This document shows positions 28,368 through 38,161 of a stretch of 59,793 nt of DNA, one piece after another. The stretch comes from Fidelibacterota bacterium (lineage in GTDB: Bacteria; Fidelibacterota; Marinisomatia; Marinisomatales; UBA1611), in assembly GCA_018692355.1 (NCBI GenBank), contig JABHKE010000075.1, positions 1 through 59,793 of the forward strand. Reading direction: 5' to 3'. Positions within the stretch are counted from its first letter, which is position 1. Each line of letters begins with the position of its first letter. The position numbers were made by a program, and so were the translations under genes. Below the pieces are notes generated by a model that was not told the DNA's origin, did no database searches, and saw only the letters and a list, made by a program, of their open reading frames with translations.

Positions 28368-28952
28368 CTATTTGAATTTAATAGAGCAGCCCAATGCTTT
28401 TGTAGTTTGGGGATTAATGGGGTTTCCTGCTAGCAAAGCATCAATTGCATTTGCCAGAAAGGGTTCATCCACTTTTTTTGCATTTTTTGCGTTATCGTCG
28501 ATCGCACCACGATAGACCAATTTATCGTCACCATCGAACAAATAAATATGTGGTGTCTTTGTAGCACCAAATGCTGATGCCAATTCCGATTCTGGATCCT
28601 GTGCGTAGGGGAAATTATATCCATTATTTTTTGCATGCTCCAGCATTTCTTCCAGACTATCTTCACCGCCAAACCGAGTTGCATTGGAATTCACGGCGAT
28701 CATACCAAGTCTCTTTGGGGCATAAGTATTTGCCAGAGAAACATAGCGATCTTCCCAGCGGATAACCCAGGGACACGTGTTGCAGGAAAAAACAACCAAG
28801 GTTCCAGCATCTCCTTTCGCAGTAGCAAGTGTAATATTTTTCCCACTGATATCTGCCAGCTCAAGATCTTTAAGCGGCATAGTGGAACCAATCTCCAATT
28901 CACCGGCGAACAAAAAGGTTAAACCCATGATGGGTATTAAAATTTTCTTCAT
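28368..28952 (-). CDS. Exported thioredoxin-fold (redoxin-like) protein
   Basis: It has a signal peptide and the CxxC motif FSCNTCPWV. 194 aa. Confidence 0.65.
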   Translation of the reverse strand: MKKILIPIMGLTFLFAGELEIGSTMPLKDLELADISGKNITLATAKGDAGTLVVFSCNTCPWVIRWEDRYVSLANTYAPKRLGMIAVNSNATRFGGEDSLEEMLEHAKNNGYNFPYAQDPESELASAFGATKTPHIYLFDGDDKLVYRGAIDDNAKNAKKVDEPFLANAIDALLAGNPINPQTTKALGCSIKFK

Positions 28953-28960
28953 ATAAACTC

Positions 28961-29440
28961 CTATTCGTTTATTGCAAGTTGAATATGTTTCCTGAATTTA
29001 CTTTCTTGTTCCTTCCCTTCCCAATAACTCACTATTTCTCCAGAATTTTTTCCAAAAAGGATTGTAAAAGGAAGTGAACCGGTCCATGTAGAATGAATAC
29101 CGTTAATGAACGGCTGGTCCTTTTCATTCTTTATATATGAGATCCTATAAACATGGTGATCATACAAGAAATCGATCACTTCGTTTATATTGTCATCAAA
29201 ATCAGCACTGACAAAGACAATTTCCAAATCATGAATTTCCTTTCCCAGATCTACAATCATGGGGAATTCTTCCACACAAGGGGCGCAGGTTGTTGCCCAG
29301 ACATTAAGCAAAACTGCTTTTTGTTCCCGGAAAGAAGCAATATGATCATGAATCGTTTTTGAATCTGCTTTTACAAGTTCAACTTGGCTGCAACCTAAAA
29401 TGAATACTAAAATAAATACTGAACTAAAAAACAATCTCAT
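28961..29440 (-). CDS. TlpA-like thiol:disulfide oxidoreductase lipoprotein
   Basis: It has a lipobox (FILGCS) and the thioredoxin motif WATTCAPCVEEFP. Confidence 0.75.
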   Translation of the reverse strand: MRLFFSSVFILVFILGCSQVELVKADSKTIHDHIASFREQKAVLLNVWATTCAPCVEEFPMIVDLGKEIHDLEIVFVSADFDDNINEVIDFLYDHHVYRISYIKNEKDQPFINGIHSTWTGSLPFTILFGKNSGEIVSYWEGKEQESKFRKHIQLAINE

Positions 29441-31476
29441 GGCCTAACCTGTTTCATTTCATGCTTTGAAAATAACTTCGCCTGGTCATCATAATGAATT
29501 GATGATTCAATTGCTGTTGCACTGCCGTATTGGTGAATAGTCCAAGCATTCAATTCTCCATTGGGGCCCCACTCTACAGCTTGAAAATAACAATCCCCAG
29601 CGATTCCCACATATGTATCATTTTTCTTTTTAAAATATATCGCTCTCAATAAACCGGGGCCTCCGGAAAGAGGCAAATTTGTTTCTCCTCGAACCAGGCG
29701 CAATACCTTGCCCAATGGGATATCAATCCTGCCAAATTTATTCTCAAGATAATCAATCGTTTCAACAAGCTTACTGGTGATGGCATCAGTTTTATATTTA
29801 AGATTATCCTCATTAAACGCATTGGGAAGTACAATGATGGCCAACGCTGCTGCAGTGTTACTCGAATCAGCTGACAGATTCCAATTTTTGATCAGATTTA
29901 ATGCAGAAATCAATTTGGGATCCTTTTCATTGGCCATATCCTGAATATATCGGTCTCTCACCTTGGCAATGACGGAATTTGTTGAATATTGGGTATCATA
30001 TTTATAGTTGAAAAATTCATCCCGCGATATGGATGAATCTGAACCAAATGTTTCCAAAGCACGAAGAGCACGATTAGTTTGGTGAGTTTCAATCCCTGTC
30101 CAACCTGGTAAAGGTTTGGATACATCATCCGTATTACCTGTAGCAAGATAAGGATTGCTGTTGCAGTTTTGTAAAAACCCGTCTGCTGGATTTAACATCT
30201 GGGGCAACGAATCAAATGGGACATAATCAGTCCAAATATTTTCTTGTTTGTCGCCTGCAAGAAGTTCGTTCCAGTTATACCCTTCATTCCGTTTAGGGAT
30301 TTTTGCATTATATACATAATAAATATTCCCATCTTTATCAGCATAACCTGTATTAAACATGGGTAAAGCATGGATCTCCATGGCCTTTTTAAATTCAGTG
30401 TAGTTCTGTGCTTTTCCCATTCGATACCACTCTTCTATAAATTTCAGATTTTTTAACGATGAAATACGAAGTGAATAGATTCCATGGTCAAATTCCATCA
30501 CAGGACCATGTATAGATTCTTTTACTTTCTGTTTGAAGGTCCATGAAAAAGGCCCAAATAATTTCACTTTAATCGGCACTTTCCGGACTCTCATTTCTTT
30601 CCATGAACCTTCAAACCAGTATTGATCTTTATTATTTGGATTAATGGTTAATTCATATACGTCAATTAGGTCTGGTGAATTCACAGTATGGCTCCAGCCC
30701 AAATTTGTGTTATGGCCAACCAAGGGGATGGGAGAACCGGGAAACAATCCCCCATAAAAGTCCCACCCTTCTTCGCTTATAAAACGTGCTTCGTACCAAG
30801 CAACCGGGCCTTCCCAAGGTTGATGACTATTGATCCATATCCGCGTATAGCCATCACTAGATCGATGGGGCGCAATGGCAAAAACATTACTGGCAACCAT
30901 TTTAAATGACTCGCTATTTTCTTCATTCCCGTTCAGGCCTATTAATTGTGGACGTTGTTCTTTTGATAATTTTTTCATGACACCATCCAGACCAAACATC
31001 AATGGCATTCTATGAGAGAATCCCGCAATCAGGTCTTTCCCGGAGACAGGAAATATATTTTTCTTTTCTTGTTCCGGGTAATCTTCTAAAAATAGGTTAA
31101 TTCCTGCTGCATAAGCATCGCATAATAATTTCACATCATCCGCCACATCGGATTCATAGTTGGAATCAATAGTATTCCATAAATCCATGAGATGAACATA
31201 GTAATCATTCACTGCAGCGTCCTTTCCATACACCGATGCCAGTTTACCCCTTGTAGCTAATAATATATCATAAATAGTTTTAAAATCGTCCTGAGCATGG
31301 GCATATGCCAGTCCAAATGAAACATCCGCATCTCGTTTACCATAAATGTGCGGAACTCCCCATTCATCTCGTTCAATTCTTGCAGAAAATCCACCATGAG
31401 AAATAATTAATTGTTCACCTAAAAGAATATGAGTAAATATAATAAGTGAGATGAAAAGGTAACTATTTCTATTCAT
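29437..31476 (-). CDS. Penicillin/acyl-homoserine-lactone acylase family (Ntn hydrolase, S45) protein
   Basis: It has a signal peptide, and its 679 aa length is typical of the family. The candidate autoproteolytic nucleophile is in ASNVFAIAP (compare SN-x-W/F-A-I/V in PGA/PvdQ). Confidence 0.72.
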   Translation of the reverse strand: MNRNSYLFISLIIFTHILLGEQLIISHGGFSARIERDEWGVPHIYGKRDADVSFGLAYAHAQDDFKTIYDILLATRGKLASVYGKDAAVNDYYVHLMDLWNTIDSNYESDVADDVKLLCDAYAAGINLFLEDYPEQEKKNIFPVSGKDLIAGFSHRMPLMFGLDGVMKKLSKEQRPQLIGLNGNEENSESFKMVASNVFAIAPHRSSDGYTRIWINSHQPWEGPVAWYEARFISEEGWDFYGGLFPGSPIPLVGHNTNLGWSHTVNSPDLIDVYELTINPNNKDQYWFEGSWKEMRVRKVPIKVKLFGPFSWTFKQKVKESIHGPVMEFDHGIYSLRISSLKNLKFIEEWYRMGKAQNYTEFKKAMEIHALPMFNTGYADKDGNIYYVYNAKIPKRNEGYNWNELLAGDKQENIWTDYVPFDSLPQMLNPADGFLQNCNSNPYLATGNTDDVSKPLPGWTGIETHQTNRALRALETFGSDSSISRDEFFNYKYDTQYSTNSVIAKVRDRYIQDMANEKDPKLISALNLIKNWNLSADSSNTAAALAIIVLPNAFNEDNLKYKTDAITSKLVETIDYLENKFGRIDIPLGKVLRLVRGETNLPLSGGPGLLRAIYFKKKNDTYVGIAGDCYFQAVEWGPNGELNAWTIHQYGSATAIESSIHYDDQAKLFSKHEMKQVRP

Positions 31477-32122
31477 TGCTTGTGTAGTATTTTTGAATCA
31501 GAGTGCCATCTTCTCCCGTTTTCCATACAGCATATTTTTTCATTATGGTCCGAAATAGTTCTGATCCCTGGAATATTTTTAACCATTTTGATAATATTGG
31601 AAATTCTGTATTAAACCAAACCAGATCCACATGAGCTCCCTGTCGAATAAATGGAAATAATGCAACATCCGCCAGAGTAACTTTATCGCCACATAAATAG
31701 GATGACTTTGATAAAATTAATTCATATGTCTTCAATATTTCTCCAATAGCATTTTGAAATTCATCATAAGAGCCTTCAGGAAACCGCTCATGATATTTAT
31801 ACATGTCTAGCCGTTTTTTATATTCATCATCATTCAAGGAAATGAATGAATTTTGTTCTTCAATTTTATCCGTATACCAACAATCTGGATCACTTTGAGC
31901 TATTGCCCATTTCATTACATCTATACTTTCATCGATGACGGTACCATCCTGCAATTGCAATACTGGGACAGTTCCCTTAGGTGATATAGAATATAATTCT
32001 GATGGCCTTTCTTTTAATAATATTTCCCGGTGTTCATAGCTTATATTAGAATAAACCAGAGCCAGTCTAGACCGCATGGCATAAGGACAACGCCGGAAGG
32101 AATAAAGAATGTGATATTTCAA
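31469..32122 (-). CDS. Glutathione S-transferase family protein
   Basis: It has the N-terminal thioredoxin-like motif YSFRRCPYAMRSRLAL and VPVL, followed by a helical C-terminal domain. The TTG start overlaps the trhO stop (TTGA). Confidence 0.65.
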   Translation of the reverse strand: MKYHILYSFRRCPYAMRSRLALVYSNISYEHREILLKERPSELYSISPKGTVPVLQLQDGTVIDESIDVMKWAIAQSDPDCWYTDKIEEQNSFISLNDDEYKKRLDMYKYHERFPEGSYDEFQNAIGEILKTYELILSKSSYLCGDKVTLADVALFPFIRQGAHVDLVWFNTEFPILSKWLKIFQGSELFRTIMKKYAVWKTGEDGTLIQKYYTSNE

Positions 32123-33165
32123 ATTTTTTGGTTCAATTTTGGTTTTATTCTTGAATCAAAAAATGTACGGGAAACTACTTGAGTTGGGTCCTTTCGACGA
32201 ATTTTTTGCTCTTCAATTGGTAATTTAAAAAAATCATTACATTCTTTCGAACAACATCCATCTAATTCTTTAAAACATGTTTCACATTGAATAAATAAAA
32301 TATGACAGGCGTCATTTTTACAATCAGTATGATTATCACATGCATCGCCGCAAATGTGGCATTTAGCTATGACATCTTCAGTCACACGTTCTCCCAACCT
32401 ATCATCAAAAACAAAATTTTTCCCAATGAATTTTGATTTTAATCCCTTTTTATCGATTTCGTGTGCATACTGTATAATTCCACCACTCAATTGATTGACA
32501 TTTGTAAATCCATGATTTATCAAATACGAAGACGCTTTTTCACAACGAATTCCACCAGTACAATACAATAATATCTGCTCTTCTTCTTTCCCATCCAGAA
32601 TGTGTTTGACTTCCGGGAGCAATTCTTTTGATATTTCCACATCAGGTATGACGGCTGATTCAAACTTGCCAACTTCGCTTTCATAATAATTCCGCATGTC
32701 TACAACAATTGTTTCAGGTTTTTCTAATGCTTGATTGAATTCTTCAGCAGAAAGATGATTCCCCACCTTATTCATGTCATAAGAATTTTCCGGTACACCA
32801 TAGGCCACTAATTCATTTCGAACTTTTATGGTAAGTTTATAAAAAGAATTTCCATCCTGTATGGCTTTTTTGATAGGAACATTCCTTAAAAAAGGGAACA
32901 AATTCATAGTTTCACAAAATTGGTTCCAATTTTGTTCGGGTGTACTTAATTGTGCATTTATACCTTCTGTAGCAATATAGATTCGGCCCAATATATTCAG
33001 TTTATTCCAGGTAATGAATAATTGATCTCGAAAAGCTTGGGGATTTTCAATTGGATGATACACATAAAAAGAAGCGGTGATTCTATCAAAAGGTTCTGCA
33101 GCTAGCTCTTTTTTTAGAATATCCCGCCCTACTTTATTGAACAAGATTGGTTTTTTTTGTTTCAT
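32119..33165 (-). CDS. trhO: Rhodanese-domain tRNA uridine(34) hydroxylase (YceA/UPF0176)
   Basis: It has the rhodanese active-site loop YCTGGIRCEKAS and a Cys-rich C-terminal extension. Confidence 0.82.
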   Translation of the reverse strand: MKQKKPILFNKVGRDILKKELAAEPFDRITASFYVYHPIENPQAFRDQLFITWNKLNILGRIYIATEGINAQLSTPEQNWNQFCETMNLFPFLRNVPIKKAIQDGNSFYKLTIKVRNELVAYGVPENSYDMNKVGNHLSAEEFNQALEKPETIVVDMRNYYESEVGKFESAVIPDVEISKELLPEVKHILDGKEEEQILLYCTGGIRCEKASSYLINHGFTNVNQLSGGIIQYAHEIDKKGLKSKFIGKNFVFDDRLGERVTEDVIAKCHICGDACDNHTDCKNDACHILFIQCETCFKELDGCCSKECNDFFKLPIEEQKIRRKDPTQVVSRTFFDSRIKPKLNQKI

Positions 33166-33168
33166 ATT

Positions 33169-34062
33169 TTAATCAATTAGATTTCTAAGAAACCCGCCGG
33201 CATTATCCAATTTTTCACGTGCTTCATTTAAGGTGCAATTCAACTTTTCCATGACAATGGCTGCCTTAACAGATTTTTTAGCTTCAAATAATTTTAACTG
33301 TGCTCCATCATAATCTAAATCTGTTAATTGCTCAATGATTCGTGTCCCCCGATCAACCAGTTTATCATTGACTACCATGAGATCTACCATAAGATTTCCA
33401 TACACTTTTCCCAATTTGATCATGGTTGCTGTAGAAATCATATTTAATATTAATTTTGTAGCTGTACCAGCTTTCATCCGCGTGGATCCCGTCACAACTT
33501 CTGGACCAGTCACAGCATTTATAATTACATCAACTTCTGTAATCTTAAACGGGTTGAGATTCGTGACAAGATAAACTGTTTTTGCTCCATTTGCTTTAGC
33601 ATGATCCAATGCCGAAACCACATAATTTGCAGCACCACTACATGAGATTCCAACCAACGTATCATTTTCGTTTAGCTCATATTGCTCCAAATCTATGATA
33701 GCCTCTTCCGGTCGGTCCTCCGCACCCTCAATGGAATTTCGCAATGCATTTTCGCCTCCGGCAATGACGCCAATAAATAATCCTTTCGGTGCTGAAAAGG
33801 TTGGTGGAATTTCCGATGCATCCAATACACCAAGCCGACCACTGGTGCCAGCGCCCACATAAAACACACGGCCACCCTTTTGAATCGAATTGACTGTGAG
33901 TACTACCGTTTTTTCAATGTCAGGAAGGGTAGCCTGTACTGCAATTGCAACATTTTGGTCTTCCCTGTTAATTGTTTTCAAAATATCATTTATTGACATG
34001 GAATCAATTTGAGAAGATTGAGGGTTTTGTTGTTCAGTTTTCAGTTCGCCACGTGATTTCAT
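33169..34062 (-). CDS. murQ: N-acetylmuramic acid 6-phosphate etherase
   Basis: It has the N-terminal motif LKTEQQNPQSSQID, the SIS motif GAGTSGRLG and TGSTRMKAGTA. Confidence 0.85.
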   Translation of the reverse strand: MKSRGELKTEQQNPQSSQIDSMSINDILKTINREDQNVAIAVQATLPDIEKTVVLTVNSIQKGGRVFYVGAGTSGRLGVLDASEIPPTFSAPKGLFIGVIAGGENALRNSIEGAEDRPEEAIIDLEQYELNENDTLVGISCSGAANYVVSALDHAKANGAKTVYLVTNLNPFKITEVDVIINAVTGPEVVTGSTRMKAGTATKLILNMISTATMIKLGKVYGNLMVDLMVVNDKLVDRGTRIIEQLTDLDYDGAQLKLFEAKKSVKAAIVMEKLNCTLNEAREKLDNAGGFLRNLID

Positions 34063-34082
34063 ATCCTGTAAATTACCAATCT

Positions 34083-34961
34083 ATGAAGATGTGGAAAAAC
34101 ATTACTCTCGATTTTCCGGGAACCGATCTCCGCTATATTTCCGATCTATTTTCAATTTTGAATGTAGCTTCTATTATGATCAAAGATAAATTAAAGGAGG
34201 CAGATTCAAATTGGGTTGACGATCCGGATAATCCAAATCCACTCTCTGGAGATACCCACGTTATTGTTCTTATGATACAAGAGAATCAGGACGTGGATCA
34301 GCTTATATATGAAATCCAGATGATTATGAATTTGGATAATGCACCTGATTATGTTGAAGAAATTTTCGAAGACAAGGATTGGGTCACTTATACCCAGTCT
34401 CAATTCAAAGAGATTTTCATTTCTGACTCACTTAGAATAGTGCCGCCCTGGGAATCAAATTCTGAATTTTCAGGTCAATCTATTATTATTCAACCAGGAA
34501 GTGGGTTTGGAACTGGGACTCACCCCACAACCCAACTTTGTTTACGATGGTTAGAAAATAATTTACATGAAAAGAATACGGTTCTTGATTATGGATGTGG
34601 ATCAGGCATTTTATCTATCGCTGCGAAAATTCTTGGTGCAGGTTTTATAGAAGGCGTAGAGATTGATTCTAAGGCCATATTAAATGCGAAGCAGAATAAT
34701 GAATTAAATAATTTAATGATTCCATATCATCATTCTGATAGTTTTGAATCAAATGAGAAATATGATATTGTGATTGCAAATATTTTGGCTGCTATATTAA
34801 TTCGTTTAGCTCCAACCTTAGGTCCGTTTATTGGACATAATTTGGTTTTGTCAGGAATTCTAGAAAATCAGGCGAAGGATGTCATTCAATCTTATTCTGA
34901 TTGGGTGAATCTGTCTGTGCAGGACGAAATGGGCGGGTGGGTTTTACTCTTAAATAATTAA
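34083..34961 (+). CDS. prmA: Ribosomal protein L11 methyltransferase
   Basis: Motifs GFGTGTHPTTQLCL, DYGCGSGILS, ANIL and SGIL. The track ORF starts at 33972, inside murQ on the opposite strand. ATG 34083 (MKMWKNITL) removes that overlap. Confidence 0.82.
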   Translation: MKMWKNITLDFPGTDLRYISDLFSILNVASIMIKDKLKEADSNWVDDPDNPNPLSGDTHVIVLMIQENQDVDQLIYEIQMIMNLDNAPDYVEEIFEDKDWVTYTQSQFKEIFISDSLRIVPPWESNSEFSGQSIIIQPGSGFGTGTHPTTQLCLRWLENNLHEKNTVLDYGCGSGILSIAAKILGAGFIEGVEIDSKAILNAKQNNELNNLMIPYHHSDSFESNEKYDIVIANILAAILIRLAPTLGPFIGHNLVLSGILENQAKDVIQSYSDWVNLSVQDEMGGWVLLLNN

Positions 34962-34998
34962 ATACCAATATTCCAAGGCTGCGAATGCTTGGATCCAC

Positions 34999-36354
34999 TT
35001 AAATCGCTGAAAAATATCGACGCGTTTCTTTCATGACCTTTGGCGCAAGCAAAATAGTTGAAACCATAGTAGGAATCGCCATTATCGCATACATCCCATC
35101 TATCAAATTAATAACAATGGAAATGGATACTGTAGCCCCAAAGATTGTAGACAAGACATAAAACCAATTATAATTAACTTTCCAACGGCTGCCGAATAAA
35201 AACCCAGTGCATTTTGCACCATAATATGATTGACCGAACATGGTCGTTACGCTGAAGGTAAATACAGAAAAGAATAAAATAAACTCTCCCAGGAACCCCA
35301 ATTCATTTGAAAATGCCTTAGCTGTCATGGATACACCGTTCAAGGTTGGATCATTCCAAACACCTGAGACCAAAATTGCAAATGCCGTAATAGAACAAAC
35401 CAGAATTGTATCAATAAATGGACCTAACATGGCCACAAGACCTTCCCGGACAGGCTCTTTTGTTTTTGCTGCACCATGTGCCATTACTTCAGTTCCCAAG
35501 CCAGCTTCATTAGAGAATACTGCCCGACGAATTCCTTGACGGATCACTTCACCTACAACGCCACCTACTACGGCGTTGCCTGTAAATGCGTCTGAAAATA
35601 TTAAATTAAATACTGAACCAAGTTTATCATAATTCTTAATAAGGATTCCCAATCCGCCCAGTAAATAAATGAGAACCATCAGGGGTACTACTCTACCAGC
35701 AACAAGTCCAATCCGTTTTATACCACCAAAGATCACTCCAGCCACAAGAATTGCGATTAAGACCCCAGTTACTACATTTCCCATAAAAGGATTTGATGAA
35801 AACATTCCCAATGGTAAAAAAACAGAATCCCTAATGTATTGCGTTAATTGGTTGGCTTGGAACATAGGTAGACAACCAATAAGGCCAGCCGAACTAAATA
35901 ATACCGCTAATGGTTTGAATTTTTGACCAAGTCCTTCCTGAATTACATACATGGGGCCACCTTGTAGTTCACCCAAGTCATCTTCCCCACGAAATAAGAT
36001 TGCCAAAGTACAGGTGAAAAACTTTGTAGACATACCTACAAAGGCTGAAACCCACATCCAAAAAAGTGCACCGGGACCACCCATATGAATTGCCACGGCT
36101 ACACCACTTATATTTCCCATTCCTACAGTTCCAGCTAGAGCAGCTGATAGTGCTTGGAAATGATTTATATCGCCTGGATCATCATCATTATCATATTTCC
36201 CTAAAAGAATATCAAGTCCGTGTTTAAAGTATCGAAATGGGATAAATCGACAATAAACAGTGAAAAATAGTCCACCGAAAACAAGTAGGATAAGGAGAAA
36301 TGGCCCCCACATGAAACTTGCAAAAGCTTCAATTGCTGATTCTATATTAATCAA
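34999..36354 (-). CDS. Alanine/glycine:cation symporter (AGCS family)
   Basis: It has the family motif FQALSAALAGTVGMGNISGVA and about 11 TM helices. The start is TTG. Confidence 0.85.
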   Translation of the reverse strand: MINIESAIEAFASFMWGPFLLILLVFGGLFFTVYCRFIPFRYFKHGLDILLGKYDNDDDPGDINHFQALSAALAGTVGMGNISGVAVAIHMGGPGALFWMWVSAFVGMSTKFFTCTLAILFRGEDDLGELQGGPMYVIQEGLGQKFKPLAVLFSSAGLIGCLPMFQANQLTQYIRDSVFLPLGMFSSNPFMGNVVTGVLIAILVAGVIFGGIKRIGLVAGRVVPLMVLIYLLGGLGILIKNYDKLGSVFNLIFSDAFTGNAVVGGVVGEVIRQGIRRAVFSNEAGLGTEVMAHGAAKTKEPVREGLVAMLGPFIDTILVCSITAFAILVSGVWNDPTLNGVSMTAKAFSNELGFLGEFILFFSVFTFSVTTMFGQSYYGAKCTGFLFGSRWKVNYNWFYVLSTIFGATVSISIVINLIDGMYAIMAIPTMVSTILLAPKVMKETRRYFSAI

Positions 36355-36370
36355 CTATACTTCCAAAGTT

Positions 36371-38035
36371 TTACGTGGGTACAATCGGTTTCCCAATAAA
36401 GTGCATGATGGCCCAGAGAATTGCGGTTCCAGATAATAATATAACCCAAACTGGTATACCAAATCCTATACCTAGACATCCTAAAGTTAAAGATAAGATG
36501 CCCACTGTAAGTGCATAGGGCATTTGGGTTTTTACATGGTCAATATGGTCAGATGCAGACGCTGTGGAAGACAATATTGTCGTATCAGAGATTGGGGAAC
36601 AATGATCACCAAAAACTGACCCGGATAAAACTGAAGCAAATGTGGCTAAAAATATGGGTGATTCAACAGTCGCATCAGGTGACATATTCAAAAGATGCAT
36701 TGCCATAGGAACAACTACCGGAACCAATATAGACATGGTTGCCCAGGATGAGCCGGTTGAAAAACTAATGGCTGCAGCAGTGACAAAAGTGATGAAAGGA
36801 AGCATGGCTGGAGACAAAATATTAGAAGAAATACTCACCAAATATTCAGCTGTCTTTAGATCCTTGCATACAGAACCAATGGTCCAGGCCAACACTAAAA
36901 TAATACAAGCCATTACCATAGATCTTACGCCATTCACCCACGCATCCAAAGTTTTCTCCAAGGTTAATATTTTTCGTCCAATTGTTAATCCAATTGCAGA
37001 AATACTAGAAAATGAAGCACCCCAAATAAGACTGGCGTAAGGATCCGATGCACCAATGATATCTCGAAGTGTAGGATGTTGCATATCAAGACTTCTTAGG
37101 CCAGTAATAACCAAGCCACCAATAGTTACAGCTACAACTACAAATATTGGAATAAATGCATTGTTCCAATGAGAAGTTGGTACTTTTTGTGAATCTTCTA
37201 TTAAACTTGGATCTGAAAGTGGTTTTGCGTGATCAGAAAGTACCTTACCAGTCGATAATGCACGAGTTTCTGCATTGTGCATGGGACCATACTCTTTTTT
37301 CAATAATATATTTAAAAAAATAAAAATCAATGTCAAAATACAATAAAAGGAAAAAGGAATACTTTGTAAAAAAGTAAAATAAGGATTTATTGTAACATCA
37401 TATTGTTTGTATGGAGTTTCGAGCAAACTCATTTGAAATACAGACCAGCTACTGATTACGGCTAAACTTGCAACAGGTGCTGCAGTTGAATCCACGAGGT
37501 ATGATAGCTTTTCCCGTGAAATTCTGGCTTTATCAGTAAAAGGTCTCATCATATTCCCTACTAATAGGGTATTGGCATAATCGTCAAAGAATATAACTAA
37601 ACCCATTGCTGCCGTAGCAAATTGACTTCTTCGGTTTGATGTTGCATACTTTGATGCAAAATCTACTGCACCTTTCATTCCTCCATTGGCAGTAATTACA
37701 CCTATTAGTCCACCAAAAGCCAATGTAAAGATCAAAATTGATGCATGACCATGATCTGTAACTGACCCGACGATATACGTATCCAGCGCATTCGTAATCC
37801 CTGTTAGTGGGTTCCCAGTGATCATTGATACGCCTACCAAAATACCAATAAATAAAGCCAAATGCGCTTCGTGAGTAATAAGAGCCAAAATGATGGCAAT
37901 GATTGGCGGCCAAATTGAAAGCCAGGACAATTCATCTTCTTTAATGGATGCTAATCCTACAGTTTCAGCTAAAGCTAGCCCAGCAAGAAATAGACCCAAA
38001 ATAGATATGATTTTAAACCATTTTATTAATTTCAT
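36371..38035 (-). CDS. Na+/H+ antiporter NhaC-family transporter
   Basis: 554-aa polytopic protein with FGDHCSPISDTTILSS and NhaC-like N- and C-terminal halves. Confidence 0.68.
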   Translation of the reverse strand: MKLIKWFKIISILGLFLAGLALAETVGLASIKEDELSWLSIWPPIIAIILALITHEAHLALFIGILVGVSMITGNPLTGITNALDTYIVGSVTDHGHASILIFTLAFGGLIGVITANGGMKGAVDFASKYATSNRRSQFATAAMGLVIFFDDYANTLLVGNMMRPFTDKARISREKLSYLVDSTAAPVASLAVISSWSVFQMSLLETPYKQYDVTINPYFTFLQSIPFSFYCILTLIFIFLNILLKKEYGPMHNAETRALSTGKVLSDHAKPLSDPSLIEDSQKVPTSHWNNAFIPIFVVVAVTIGGLVITGLRSLDMQHPTLRDIIGASDPYASLIWGASFSSISAIGLTIGRKILTLEKTLDAWVNGVRSMVMACIILVLAWTIGSVCKDLKTAEYLVSISSNILSPAMLPFITFVTAAAISFSTGSSWATMSILVPVVVPMAMHLLNMSPDATVESPIFLATFASVLSGSVFGDHCSPISDTTILSSTASASDHIDHVKTQMPYALTVGILSLTLGCLGIGFGIPVWVILLSGTAILWAIMHFIGKPIVPT

Positions 38036-38161
38036 TGCGGGTAAGTTAATTCGTGAATATTTGAATCCAAACTGCTAAAGCCACTAATAAATTTTATTTA
38101 TTTAAAATAATCGTTTTATTTCTTTTTTTGAAAGAAGTTGGGGAAATTCTAATTCCTACTG

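Noticed and set aside
33972-34082. 5' extension of the prmA ORF overlapping the murQ start
   Set aside because: The extension has no PrmA similarity and overlaps murQ. ATG 34083 gives a normal PrmA N-terminus.
34962-34998. Possible bidirectional terminator between convergent prmA and the AGCS symporter (ccaag...cttgg)
   Set aside because: It has only a 5-bp stem with a 10-nt loop and no U-tract on either side.
36642-37040. 132-aa ORF antisense to the NhaC-family gene, with the similar 37584..37913 and 35240..35926 cases
   Set aside because: These are shadow ORFs within membrane-protein genes, with no independent support.
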